Assembly: GCF_009834535.1 (NCBI RefSeq)
Contig: NC_045732.1
Span: forward strand, 93,124,001 to 93,188,000
Reading direction: 5' to 3'
Source: Camelus ferus
Taxonomy: Eukaryota
DNA length: 64,000 nucleotides
The translations under genes and the position numbers were made by a program. Positions 35,053 to 47,600 of the stretch are shown here, piece after piece (the stretch's first letter is position 1; each line of letters opens with the position of its first letter). The notes below the pieces were generated by a model. It did no database searches and was not told the origin of the DNA. It saw only the letters and a list, made by a program, of their open reading frames with translations.

Positions 35053-36340
35053 GGCAACTGGAGTAACCTACACATTGGGTCTTTTGTCCTGGGGCATAAA
35101 AGCTACAATAGTGGAAAGGCAAGTCAAAGGTTCTAAAACTGCAGCTGACAGCCAAGATAGTAAATAAAAATCAATACTCCACCCCCTACCCCAGGCAGAG
35201 ATTGGTGCTACTCTAAGGATCTCAAGGGTGAAACGATGGTGTTCCCCATTTCATACATACACCAGTATAGACCCTGCAAAAATTGAATAGAACTTGAAAA
35301 ATTGCTGGAGATGACCACAAGTTTAAGCAATTAGTAGCCAATCACAACCTCTATGCTGGTCATGGATCTTTACTAGAGCAGATTAATTTGGCTTTGGGTA
35401 CATGATGTATGGCTATTGATTTGGCAAATATGTTCTTTGCTATTCCAAACAAGAGAGAGGATCAGAAAGAGTTCACATTTATGCAGAATGCAGAACAATA
35501 TTCATTTATAGTTTTGTCCAGGGATTTGTTATTTTTTCCTGCCTTCTGTCATAATATAATTCAAAGAGATCTGGCCTCTAGGAACATCCACAAAAATATC
35601 CCATTTATCCATTACATCGATGATCTCATTGTGCTGATTGAGCAGGATGAGCAAGCGATGGCTAGTTCTCTGGAGGCCTTGGTAAGACACATGTGCTCCA
35701 GAGTGGAGGAGATAAAGCCTATAAAGATTTAATGAAGTGTTTCATGAGGGCGAAAAAAAAAAGATTTAATGAAATGCTTAAGGATCCAGGGGTCAGGAGC
35801 ATGTGGAGAAATACTTGCCAAAGTAAAACACAAATTGTAGCATCTTGTGATCCCTGCCACAAAGAAGAAACGCACTGTACCAGGAAGAACTATTTTGGTT
35901 TTAGAGGAAATAATTCCATACTTGAAAACACTGATCCAGTCATATAAATGGAAGTCTACCACCTTTGAGTAAGTCACAGACCAAGAAAGGGCTCTTTGCA
36001 GCAGATCCTATGGAGTGGGAAGAATAAGGGGTGAGAAATTTGTAGAGTTTATGGCAAGTCCCAGTGGGCTGCTGTTACAAAATGGGAACAGGATGAAATA
36101 TGAATGGAGCTTATGTAATCCATTTGGACAACTCTTGATACTCCATTGCCTTGCTCTATTTTAATTGTGAATGGACAAGTGCAGCAACCCCAAACCAAGG
36201 TGTGTATGGTTGCCAGGGTCTCAGGTTTCACAGCATTGAGGGTTTTACTGACATCGCAAAGTAAGCCACCAGGACTAGCAGAGGTGATATCTGAGGGTGA
36301 GAGGAATTTAGGATGGATAGTGAAGGAGGGAGACAACACA
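35053..36340 (+). mobile_element. ERV-L pol remnant (reverse transcriptase / RNase H)
   Basis: ORF 35409..35732 contains AIDLANMFFAIP...QKEFTF...FCHNIIQRDL...HYIDD, the retroviral RT motifs with a YIDD catalytic box. The flanks are frameshifted. Confidence 0.88.
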
Positions 36341-36599
36341 CGTAAAGCAGCTTCAGAATTTTGAATCTATACCACTGCCAAAAACATACCCACTACCTAG
36401 AGTACACTATTTGTTTGTACTTATTTTGTTTTTAAGCCTAGGGTATAGAGTCAAAATATTGTGTTCAAAAGTTTCTTGGGTTAGTTCTCACTCCACTCCC
36501 AAACCCTAAAGTGGTTGTGTTATTTGTTTAAAATACTCTTAGGTTCATTTGTTTCTGTTTTTATTCTATTTTGGATTTCTGTTCTGCCCCCGTACTTGA

Positions 36600-38050
36600 G
36601 GAATTTATTTATTTAGTGAAAGTAGAATAAAACAAATGACTTTTGTGTATTGATTTTGTATCCAGAAACCTTGCTAAACCTCTACTTATTTTCATACAAT
36701 TATTGCTTAGTATTTTCATTGTATTATTTTTTTAAAATACGAGTCATACACTATTGTTTTGCCTTGTTTGTTCGGATTTACCCACATGATCATCAACTCT
36801 TTCTCACTATTTCTTTTTGTGATTTAGACCATCTTTCTGATATCACTTTTTTTAAAGTACATCCTTTACTAAACTCCCTAAGTGTTTGCTTGTCTGAAAA
36901 TACCTTTATTTCACCATTGTGCACAAAAGAAAATATTTCCTGGATATCAATTCAGGATTGACAGACTTTTGTAGAACCTTTGAGGACAACATTGTACTGT
37001 CTTCTGATTTTCATTGCTGCTATTGAGAAGTCTGCTGACAGTCTGTTTTTCCTTTGTGGAGGATCTGTATTTTCTCTCTGGCTACTTTTTTAAAATTAAA
37101 AATTGTATTGATATAATTTTAGATTTACATACAGTTGTAAAAAGATAATACAAAGTCATACACTTTATACTTTGCCAAATTTCCCAATGGTAACATTTTG
37201 CAAAAATAATAATATGGTATCACAACTAGGATACTAATATCCACGATCTTATTCAGATTTCCCCAATTTTACTCACATCCATTTTTTGTGTATATGTCTG
37301 TGATGTAAGTTTATATTAAGTTCTGTGCAATTTTATCACCTGTATAGGTTTGTGTATCCACCACCACAGTCAAGATAATAAGTAGTTCCAACACCACAAG
37401 GATCCTTCATGTTGCCCTTTTATAACTTCACCCACCTCCCTCTTACCCCCTCCCCCTATCTCTAATCTTTGGAAACCACCAATCTGTTCCCCATTTTTAT
37501 AATGCTGTCATTTCAAGAATGTTATATGAATGTAATCATATAGTATGTAACTTTTGGAGATTGGCTTTTATCACTCAACATAATTCTCTGGAAATTCATC
37601 CAAGTTCTGTGTATCAATAGTTTGTTCCTTTTTATTGGTTGGTAGTATTCTATGGTATGCACATATAATACTTTGTTTCACCATTCTCCCATTGAAAGAC
37701 ATCTGGCCAGTACCATATTTTGCCAAAAAGCTGCTGTGAATATCCAGTAACAGGCTTTTATGTGAACATAAATTTTCATTTCTTTGAGAAAAATGCCCCT
37801 GGCTATTTTTAAGGTCTGTTCATCTCTGGTAGTCTGCATTTCACAGTGTGTCTAGGTGTGAAGTTCTTTTTCGTTATTCTGCCTGGTTTGCATTGTGTTT
37901 CCTATTATCTGTGGATTCAGATATTTGCAGCCATTATCTCTTCAACTATTCTTTTTCAATTTGCTCTTTCTGAAATTCCAATAAGATGTATATTGGACTC
38001 TCATACTATCTTATTTCACTTTTAACTTCTTTCATATTTATCATCTCTGT
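36600..38050 (-). mobile_element. Nested old antisense L1 fragments
   Basis: tgtattgattttgtatccagaaaccttgctaaac... and an inner L1 3'UTR block at about 37100-37790. Confidence 0.65.
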
Positions 38051-38223
38051 CTTTCTATAGTGTTTAGTGAGTAACAGCACAACTTTATTCCAGCATGACC
38101 TTGATACTACAATCATACAAAGACATGAAAAGAAAAGCAAAGTGCAGACAATCCTCAAGACCCTAGACCCTTTAGGAACACAGACACAAAACCTTTGAAT
38201 AAAATTTTAGCAAACAAAGTCAA

Positions 38224-39699
38224 AACTACAATGAGGTATCACCTCACACTGGTCAGAATGGCCATCATTAAAAAATCCACAAACGATAAATTCTAGAGAG
38301 GATGTGGAGAAAAAGGAACCCTCCTACACTGCTGGTGGGAATGCAGTTTGGTGTGGAAAACAGTATAGAGATTCCTCAAAAGACTAAGAATAGACTTACC
38401 ATATGACCCAGGAATCCTGCTCCTGGGCATATATCCAGAAGGAACCCTACTTCAAAANNNNNNNNNNNNNNNNNNNNNNNNNNNNNNNNNNNNNNNNNNN
38501 NNNNNNNNNNNNNNNNNNNNNNNNNNNNNNNNNNNNNNNNNNNNNNNNNNNNNNNNNNNNNNNNNNNNNNNNNNNNNNNNNNNNNNNNNNNNNNNNNNNN
38601 NNNNNNNNNNNNNNNNNNNNNNNNNNNNNNNNNNNNNNNNNNNNNCATTCTAAGTGAAGTAAGCCAGAAAGAGAAAGAAAAATACCATATGAGATCGCTC
38701 ATATGTGGAATCATAAAAAAAAAAGAACATAAATACAAAACAGAAACAGACTCATAGACATAGAATGTAAACTTGTGGTTGCCAAGGGGGTGGGGGGTGG
38801 GAAGGGACAGACTGGGATTTCAAAATTTGTAGATACTGACAGGCATATGCAGAATAGATAAACAAGATTATACTGTATAGCACAGGGAAATATATACAAG
38901 ATCTTGTGGTAGCTCACAGCGAAAAAAAATTTGACAATGAATATATGTATGTTCATGTATAACTGAAAAGGTATGCTCTACACTGGAATTTGACACAATA
39001 TTGTAAAATGACTATAATTCAATAAAAAAAAGTTAAAAAAAACCCCTAAAAATAGACTTACCATATGATCTAGCAATCCCACTCCTGGGCATATATCCAG
39101 AGGGAATTTTAATTCAAAAAGATACATGCANNNNNNNNNNNNNNNNNNNNNNNNNNNNNNNNNNNNNNNNNNNNNNNNNNNNNNNNNNNNNNNNNNNNNN
39201 NNNNNNNNNNNNNNNNNNNNNNNNNNNNNNNNNNNNNNNNNNNNNNNNNNNNNNNNNNNNNNNNNNNNNNATGCCTTTTGCAACATGAATGGACTTGGAG
39301 ATAATCATTTTAAGTGAAGTAAGCCAGAAAGAGAAAGAAAAATACCATATGATATCACTTATATGTGGAATCTAAAAAAAAAGGCACAAACTTATTTACA
39401 AAACATAAACAGACTCACAGATACAGAAAACGAACTTAATGGCTACCAGAGGGGAAAGGAGGTGGGAAGGGATAAATTGGGAGTTCGAGATTTGCAGATA
39501 CTAACTACTGTGTATAAAATAGATAAATAACAAGTTTCTTCTGTATAGCACAGGGAACTATATTCAATATCTTGTAGTAACCTATAATGAAAAAGAATAT
39601 GAAAATGAATATATGTATGTATATATATGACTGAACTATTATGCCATACACCAGAAATTGATACGACATTGTAAACTGACTATGCTACAATAAAAAAAA
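38224..39699 (+). mobile_element. Two tandem L1 3' ends of different subfamilies inside one TSD pair
   Basis: The ORF2 end, 3'UTR and poly(A) occur twice, ending at about 39042 and 39699 with different 3'UTRs. The outer TSD is tttagcaaacaaagtcaa (38206-38223) / tttagcaaacagagtcaa (39700-39717). Confidence 0.88.
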
Positions 39700-40531
39700 T
39701 TTAGCAAACAGAGTCAAGCAATATACAGGAAAGATAATAAATCACTAAATTACTGTTTATCCCAGGAATCAAAAGTTGTTTTAACTTTTTAAAATCAGTC
39801 ACTTTAATTCACCATATTAACTGACTAAATGCAGAAAAAAGATTTGGCAAAACCCATCACCCATTCCTGATAAAATCTCTCAGCAAACTGAGAAAAGAAC
39901 GTCCTAAACCTAATGAAGGCAACTATGGAGAACCTATAGCTACCATCATAATTAATGGTGAAGAAATGAATTTTCTCCTAAGATAACAAAGCTAGTATGT
40001 CTGGTCTCATGACTTCTATTCAACATTGTACTAAAGATTCTAGATCATGTAATAAGGGAAGAAAAAGGGGAAAAAGACATACAGGTTGGAGGAACAACTC
40101 TTTATTCACAGGCAACATGATGGTCTGTATAGAAAACCTTAAGGAATCTACAAAAAAAGTTATTAGAACTAATATATGAGTAACAAGGTTGCATAATATG
40201 AAGTCAGTATACAAAAATCAATGATATTTCTATATACCAGCTTTGAAGATCCTAAAATTGAAATGAAAACTATGCCACTTATGGTAACATCAAATGATTT
40301 TGACATAATGAGCTGACAAAAGATGTGGAAGATCTGTGCATTTAAAAGTATGAAATATTACTTGAGAGAAATAAAAGAAAACCTAAATAAATTGTGAGAT
40401 ATATAATATTACTGTATCAGAGTACTTGATATTCTTAAAATGTCATTTCTTTCCGACTTGATCTGTAGATTCAGCACAATCCAAGTAAAAAATCACAGCA
40501 GCTTTTTTTTTTTTGCAGAAAATAACAAGCT

Positions 40532-41830
40532 TTTTTTCTATTTAGAGTAGACCTTTCAATATTTCTTTTAGCATGGGTTTAGTATTGCTAAACTCTTGTA
40601 GTTTTTTCTTGTCTGTGAAATTCTTTATGTCTCCTTCTATCCTAAAGGATAGCCTTCCTGGATAAAGTATCCTAGGCTGCATCTTTTTTTTTCACTCAGG
40701 ACTTTGAATATATCTTGCCACTCCCTTCTGGCCTGTAGTGTTTGTGTAGAGAAATCAGCTGAGAGCCTTATGGGGGTTCCCTTGTAACTCACTCTTTGCT
40801 TTTCTCTTGCTGCCTTTAGGATCACTTCTTTATCCTTGACTCTGGCCATCTTGATCATGATATGTCTTGGTGTGGGTCTGTTTGGGTTCTTCCTGTTTGG
40901 GACCCTTTGAACTTCCTGTACTTGGATATCTGATTCCTTCTTTAAGTTTGGGAAGTTTTCAGTCATGATTTCTTCAAAAACCTTTTCAATCCCCTTTGAT
41001 CTTTCTTCCTTTTCTGGGACCCCTATTATGTATAGATTGGCATGCTTTATATTATCCCATAGGTCCCTTATGTTGCTTTAATTTGTTTTTATTTGTTTAT
41101 CTTGCAGTTGTTCTGATTGGGTGCTTTCTAGGTCACTAATTCATTCCTCTGCATTATCTAGTCTGCTTTGTACAGCCTTTAGATCTATTCTCATCTCAGC
41201 CAATGAGTTTACCAATTCTACTTGGCTCTTCTTTATTGCTTCGATTTCATTTTTGACATATTTTATATCTCTAAACACTATCTCTTTTAGTTCCTTCAAT
41301 ACTTTGGAGACCGTCTAAATGTCCATCAATGGATGACTGGATAAAGAAGACGTGGTGTATTTATAAAATGGAATACTACTCAGCCATAAAAACTGACAAC
41401 ATAACGCCATTTGCAGCAACATGGATGCTCCTGGAGAATGTCATTCTAAGGGAAGTAAGCCAGAAAGAGAAAGAAAAATACCATATGAGATCGCTCATAT
41501 GTGGAATCTAAAAAAAAAAAAAAAAGACAAAAAAACAAAGCGTAAATACAAAACAGAAATAGACTCATAGACATAGAATACAAACTTGTGGTTGCCAAGG
41601 GAGCAGGGGGTGGGAAGGGATAGACGGGATTTCAAAATTGTAGAATAGATAAACAAAATTATACTGTATAGAACAGGGAAATATACACAAGATCTTATGG
41701 TAGCTCAAAGAGAAAAAATGTGACAATGAATATATATATGTTCATGTATAACTGAAAAACTGCTCTACACTGGAATTTGACACAATATTGTAAAACGATT
41801 ATAAATCAATAACAAACGTTAAAAAAAAAA
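40532..41830. mobile_element. Young L1 with 5' inversion: minus-strand ORF1 remnant (about 40532-41311) joined to plus-strand ORF2 end, 3'UTR and poly(A) (about 41312-41830)
   Basis: ORF 40637..40966(-) is L1 ORF1p (ENFPNL...QEVQRVP...RPTPRHIMIKM...IRLSADFS). ORF 41329..41511(+) is the ORF2p C-terminus. The perfect 15-bp TSD agaaaataacaagct is at 40517-40531 and 41831-41845. Confidence 0.92.
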
Positions 41831-44608
41831 AGAAAATAACAAGCTGATTCTAAAATTTATATGAAAATGCAAAGGAACCTAGTGAAATATAGTGGTGAAA
41901 AAGTAGAACGTTAGGGAGCCAGCATCAAGGATGCATGTTGATTCTTCTTATTTCATGTCAGGAGACTTCATGGAGGAGACAAGATTTGAGTAGGAGCTAA
42001 AAAGATCAGCGAAGGAGACAAACTGAAGACTGATAGACCTGATAAATGACCTGACATCTCTGTCCCTGATTGGAGAATGGAGCAGTTCTAAGCATCTTGC
42101 TAGTCCTAAGCTAGATGGACACACTGGGTATTCTATGTCAGCAAAAAACAAGATGGGAATGACATTGGGTTTCAAACCACAGATGGCATGGTCAATGAGA
42201 AATGTATTCTCAAATCTAAGTTTTTCTGGTGTCTCTTATCTCTCTTGAGATTGGCCTTCTCAATCTTCTCGGTCTCTAAATGACCCTTAAATATTGCTGT
42301 TCCTTACAGTTCTTTCCTAAGATTTCTGTTCTTCATATCATACAGATTCCTCCTGCGTGACCTCATCCACTCCAATGTTTTAAATTATTCTTACATCTTC
42401 CACATTTTTATCTCTATACAGATTCCCCCCCAATCTTCAGATCTATATACTCAGCTTCCTATTGTATATCTCTACCTAGATATCCTACAGATATCAAACT
42501 CAAAAGGTTCAAAATTGAATTAATTAGAATGATGTCAGCAATAATGGAGTGGAAAGGACCTCAGAAAATACTCTCTTTCACAGAGCCAATGAGAACACTG
42601 TTAATAATGGTCATAATCTGCTTTTTTAGATCTCTGGAAAGTAACAAAATGCTTGCAGGAACCAGAGTGTGTGTTGAAGAAAAACAGCTAGAGTGCAGTA
42701 AGAACAGCAAGCTGAGTGGCATTTTAACTTGCTCTAAGCCCATCTCCTTCTCTCCAGTCCTGCAGTAGCCTTTAAAACTGACAACCCACAATAATGTGGA
42801 AACCAAAAGCCTGGCAGCCACTAGAGGGGCAAAATGGGGTTAGAGCTCCTTCAAACCCTATACCTATATAGTTGTCATTGTTTGACCTGTTTGATGGTTC
42901 CCTGGAAGACACCATTCACAAGGTTTGTTTTTATTTGACCTTAGAGCTCACCCAGTGTGAACAGCCTTTTCCTTGAGGGTGTTTGCTGAAAATAGTAAGT
43001 GGCAATTATTTAACATCATTGCTGCTAGACACAGTGGGAAACAATAGGCTTACCAAAAATCTCAAAAGGAAAAGTGGGGAATGAAAGGCCCATAGGGGTT
43101 TTGACAAGCTCTGACAATTCCTGGGACTCTAGAAAGTCACACACATGTGTGAGTCTGTGTGCACACTCAGGAAAAACCTGAGGAGGCCCAAAGTTCTCAC
43201 ATCCAGCTGATTTTGAGGTTCTATGTAATCAGGAAATGAGGGCTAAGACAGATTTTCAAGTTATCTGGCTCAATATTAAAAGCTCCAAAGTGAACACAGA
43301 GCCCCTCAATAAATACTGGGAGATATTGATTCCAGGCATTTAAGGAAACTATCTAATCATTAGCTGCTCAGTAAGCTAACCAAGCAAAGACATATGATGA
43401 AGAATACAAACTTTACAGAATTACTTCAGAAAAGTCATTAACCAAACAAACAGCAATATTAACAAAAACAAACAGAAAAACAAAACATAAAACACCCTGG
43501 GCATAAGAGAGAATCTAATTTTAGGAGTTGTCACATTATATTATTGAAAAATCCAGTTTTCAGAAAAAATTATGAGACATGCAAAGAAACAAGAAAGACT
43601 GACTCATACACGGGAAAAAAGCAGTCAATAGGAAATGTCCTAGAGAAAGCCCAGACATTGGAGTTACTGGGCAAAAACTTTAAATGAGAGGTTTTAAATA
43701 TGCTGAAGTAAAGGATCTCAAGTCTACTGAACTAAAGCAAAGTATGAAAATGATGTCTCACTAAATACCAATTATCAATAAAGAGATAGAAATTATAAAA
43801 TGAATGGAATAGAAAGTATGGAGTTGAAAAGCTTAATAACTGAAATGAAAAATTCGCTAGAGGAACTTGACAACAGAATTGATCAGGCAGAATAAAGAAT
43901 TAATGAACTTGAAGATAGTTCAATTGAGATTTTTGAGTTTGAGGAGCACAAAGAAGGGAAAAAAGGAAAATGAACAGAGCCTGAGAGACCTGTTGGACAC
44001 AGTGAAGCATCAACACAATGGGTGAGAGGAGAGAAAGAATGCGGCAAAAAGTACATTTGATGAAATAATGTCAGAAAGCTTCCCAAGTTTCATTTAAAAA
44101 GAAACATGAATCTGCACATCTGAGAAACTAAACAAATCCAAGTAGGATTTGTAAATGTAAATGTAAAAAGATCCACGCCTAGATACATCATAATCAAACT
44201 GTCAAAAGACANNNNNNNNNNNNNNNNNNNNNNNNNNNNNNNNNNNNNNNNNNNNNNNNNNNNNNNNNNNNNNNNNNNNNNNNNNNNNNNNNNNNNNNNN
44301 NNNNNNNNNNNNNNNNNNNNNNNNNNNNNNNNNNNNNNNNNNNNNNNNNNNNNNNNNNNNNNNNNNNNNNNAAAGAATTCTATATCCAGTAAAACTTTTC
44401 TTCAAAAATGAAGGAGATAAAAACTAAGAGAATTTATTGTTGGCAGATCTTCCCTACAAAAAATACTAAAGTGATATTTTTAGGCTTAAATGAAAGAACA
44501 CTAGATAGCAACTTAAATCTACATGAAAAAAAAAAAAGAAATTGCTAAATTGAAATACATAGATAAGTATAAAAGACAATATAAATGTATTTTTTCTTTA
44601 TAACTTCT

Positions 44609-47600
44609 TGGTTTGAGCACCACCTCTTCATTCCATTGGTGAAGGATGGATTCCCCAACCTAAGGTTATGGAGATGGCTGAACATACAACACCCAACACT
44701 GGACAGATGAAATGGACAGCAGTTTATTAGTCACATATACACACAGCCCAGTGAAAGAGGACAATGCATGCCATGCAGGGCCACAAGGGGTTTGCACTTG
44801 GGAACAGGGTGAACAAAGAGGGTCTGAAGGAGTCAGACTTTGTAGTATCAAGAGTATGCCTTGACTCTCAGTTCCCACAGAAGGATGTGATTGGCTTGTT
44901 TGAATAATTCCATGGGCCGACAGGGAACTGAGGCATGCTATTCAGGGTTAAGTAGGAACTATTCCTGATTCCCATGAGAAGGAGAAGTTTTTGGCTAGGG
45001 GACCTTATCATCCATAGGAACAGAGTGAGGAGGGGAACTTGGATTTAGGCTACTTGAGGCCTTCCTGATTTTACCAGCTGTCAAGGCAGCACTCAATATT
45101 AATTTTAAGATTTACATCACAGCTGACCTCTTGAATCTTGATATCAATTTAAATCTTGATCATGACTGAGACTTTTAGGGATAGGAAAAGTGCCTCCCTA
45201 GGAAGTGAAGTAGGAACTTGACCAGGAGAAAGAGGGCCACATGATGAAGAGATCATCAAAAAACATTAACTTTAGAGGTGTCCCCCTTGGTGGACAATAA
45301 AGGCAGTTGAGGGACCTGTGTGGCATTGGTGCAGGGAGTACATGTCCCCAGAAGGCATGAATTTAGACTAATCAATGCCTGTGGCAATAGTGACACCCAG
45401 TGGGGGTCCATTTGCCACTTTGTGACTTTAATAAGCGTTCTCTGAGGAGCTCAGTTTGCCTTTCACTCAAACCAACTTCCTGGGGCCTATAGGAGGGGTG
45501 GAAGTTCCACTGAATGCCTTCCTTAAGAGCCAGCATTGTGTATTCTGAAAAGTGAAATGAGTACCTTTGTCACTATCACTGATGTCTACAACTCCAAACT
45601 AAATAAGAAGCATCCTGGTAAGGCCTTGTATTGTGGCCTTAGTATATGTAGAGACATTTTGTGACCTTGGTTTATATTTTGGGTATCTATGGATCAAGAG
45701 ATTCCCAGAGTTCTTTATCTCAAAGGGGGCAACTCTTAGGCAATGGCCCAAGAGTTTGTAAAAATGTACAGATGAGACTATTTGTTGGCCAGGGTATCCA
45801 ATGTTAAAATGATTACCTGAAGTGTGGCCAATTTTGCTGACTCTTGTGTACCATCCTTTTCAGAGACATTCTGGTTAAGGGATGAAAAACAGCAACATCC
45901 TATTGAACTCTATCAAGCATGGTGGTGTGATGCCATCCATAAAGTGTATGAATGCCCATTATTGGCCACCTGGTTGATCCTAAGGGAGTCCCCAGGTTGC
46001 CAAGAGTCTGGGAGACTAGCATCATGGTATCTGGCAAGTGACTGAAGATAGAGGAGACCACCCCTCTTGTAGCCAGGTTTGGCTCCATCCAGTGGCAAGG
46101 AGACCTCATTAGCTGTGATATGCTTGTGGGGTGCTGCTTCCATGACCCAAGGCATAATGGGCAGCTAGGTATAAAAGGTCACAGGCTCAGGGACTATGAG
46201 AACCTTGATTTTCAGAAGATCTCGGTATGTGGCCATCAGTTGTTGCCCTGATGGTATGTAGTATAGGGCTATGATGCTTCTTGCTTCAGAAGCCTATGGA
46301 CAACTTAATTTATAGTCATCGTAGGTGGCCTAGAGATTCCAGGAGGCATGAAAGGATGTTGCTAAGCTACAATGAAGGAGTCTCTGAGGGAACTAACAGA
46401 AGTGCTTGTTGATTTCAATTTGACAGATTCTAGAGCTTTTTGTTGGAGAAGGCCCTATTCAAGATGGGCCAGTTCGCAAGTAATGCATCAGTGATATAAA
46501 GTAAAATTTGTAGATGAAGAATGTGATGCCTCCAGAACCAAAAAAAAAAACAAAAAACAAAACCCCAACCCTCAAAGCTGTTGGACTTGTATTAATATTG
46601 TGGGCACTTAAAAGGTCAACAGCTGTTTAAGACAATGTCAGAGATGATATAGCTCTCAGTTTATCAAAGAATTTTCAGAAATGTAACAGAGGTGGTCTTG
46701 CCTTATGTTTGGAGCAATGGTCTATCCTCTTTTTGTGAGTGCCTTTGTGAGTTATTTGTATGTCCTCAATAAGTGTGTCAAATCAATCTCCTTGGAGGAG
46801 TATGTTATTGTGGTAATGTCATATCTGTGTTCCTAGAGAAAGGTGGATGCAGTTGGGATCTGGTGTGTGATGGCAAGTTTGCTGTGGTACCCTAGTAAAT
46901 ACACCCTAGTAAAGGTATATTGTGTCCTTTCAGAGGTGAAGCCAAACAGCAGTTGAGAAGCTACTGAAATAGACACTGAACAGAATATACTATCCAAATC
47001 TATAATAGCAAAATATTTACCAGTTGGAGAGAGTAAGTAATTACAACAATATTTGGTGTAGGGGCCTTAGTGGATGAAACCACAGCATTGAGGTTGTAGT
47101 TATCTCCTGTGAGGCACCATTCATTCTTTCCAGGTTTAAGAACAGGCCAAATTGGGATGTCAAATGAAGGAGCAGTGGAGATAATCACCCCTTCACTAAT
47201 TAGGTCTTATATATAAGTTTTAATCTTTGAAGTCCCTGTTTTAAGTTACATTAGGTCATATTAACTATTTTAACAGGGGAATCCATGGCACCTCGTTTAG
47301 TTAAGGCAATTTGTAAATGCCAAAGACTTTATTTAATTTTAATTTATTATTCATTGGGTCAGAATGTCCATGCCCACTACGGGACATTTTAGGATAGTGA
47401 GTGCTATGACCATGGGGAATATAGGCAAAATGGTAATTCTGATGGTTAAGGTGAAGCATACCTATTTGTCCTCTATTTTACATTCAGTAACTCCCTTAAG
47501 ATTATGGAGGGTACCTTGTTATAATTTAATGGGTCCCCAGGTATAACTGTAATCTGAGCCTTAGTATTGACTAACTCCATGAACATTTGCCAGTTGGTGC

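Noticed and set aside
35409-35732. Domesticated or active reverse transcriptase
   Set aside because: It is only 107 aa, the LPQG motif has degenerated (LSRD), and the flanks are frameshifted. It is a neutral fossil.
39046-39055. Perfect MEF2 site CTAAAAATAG
   Set aside because: It is part of the L1 ORF2 sequence and therefore repeat-derived.
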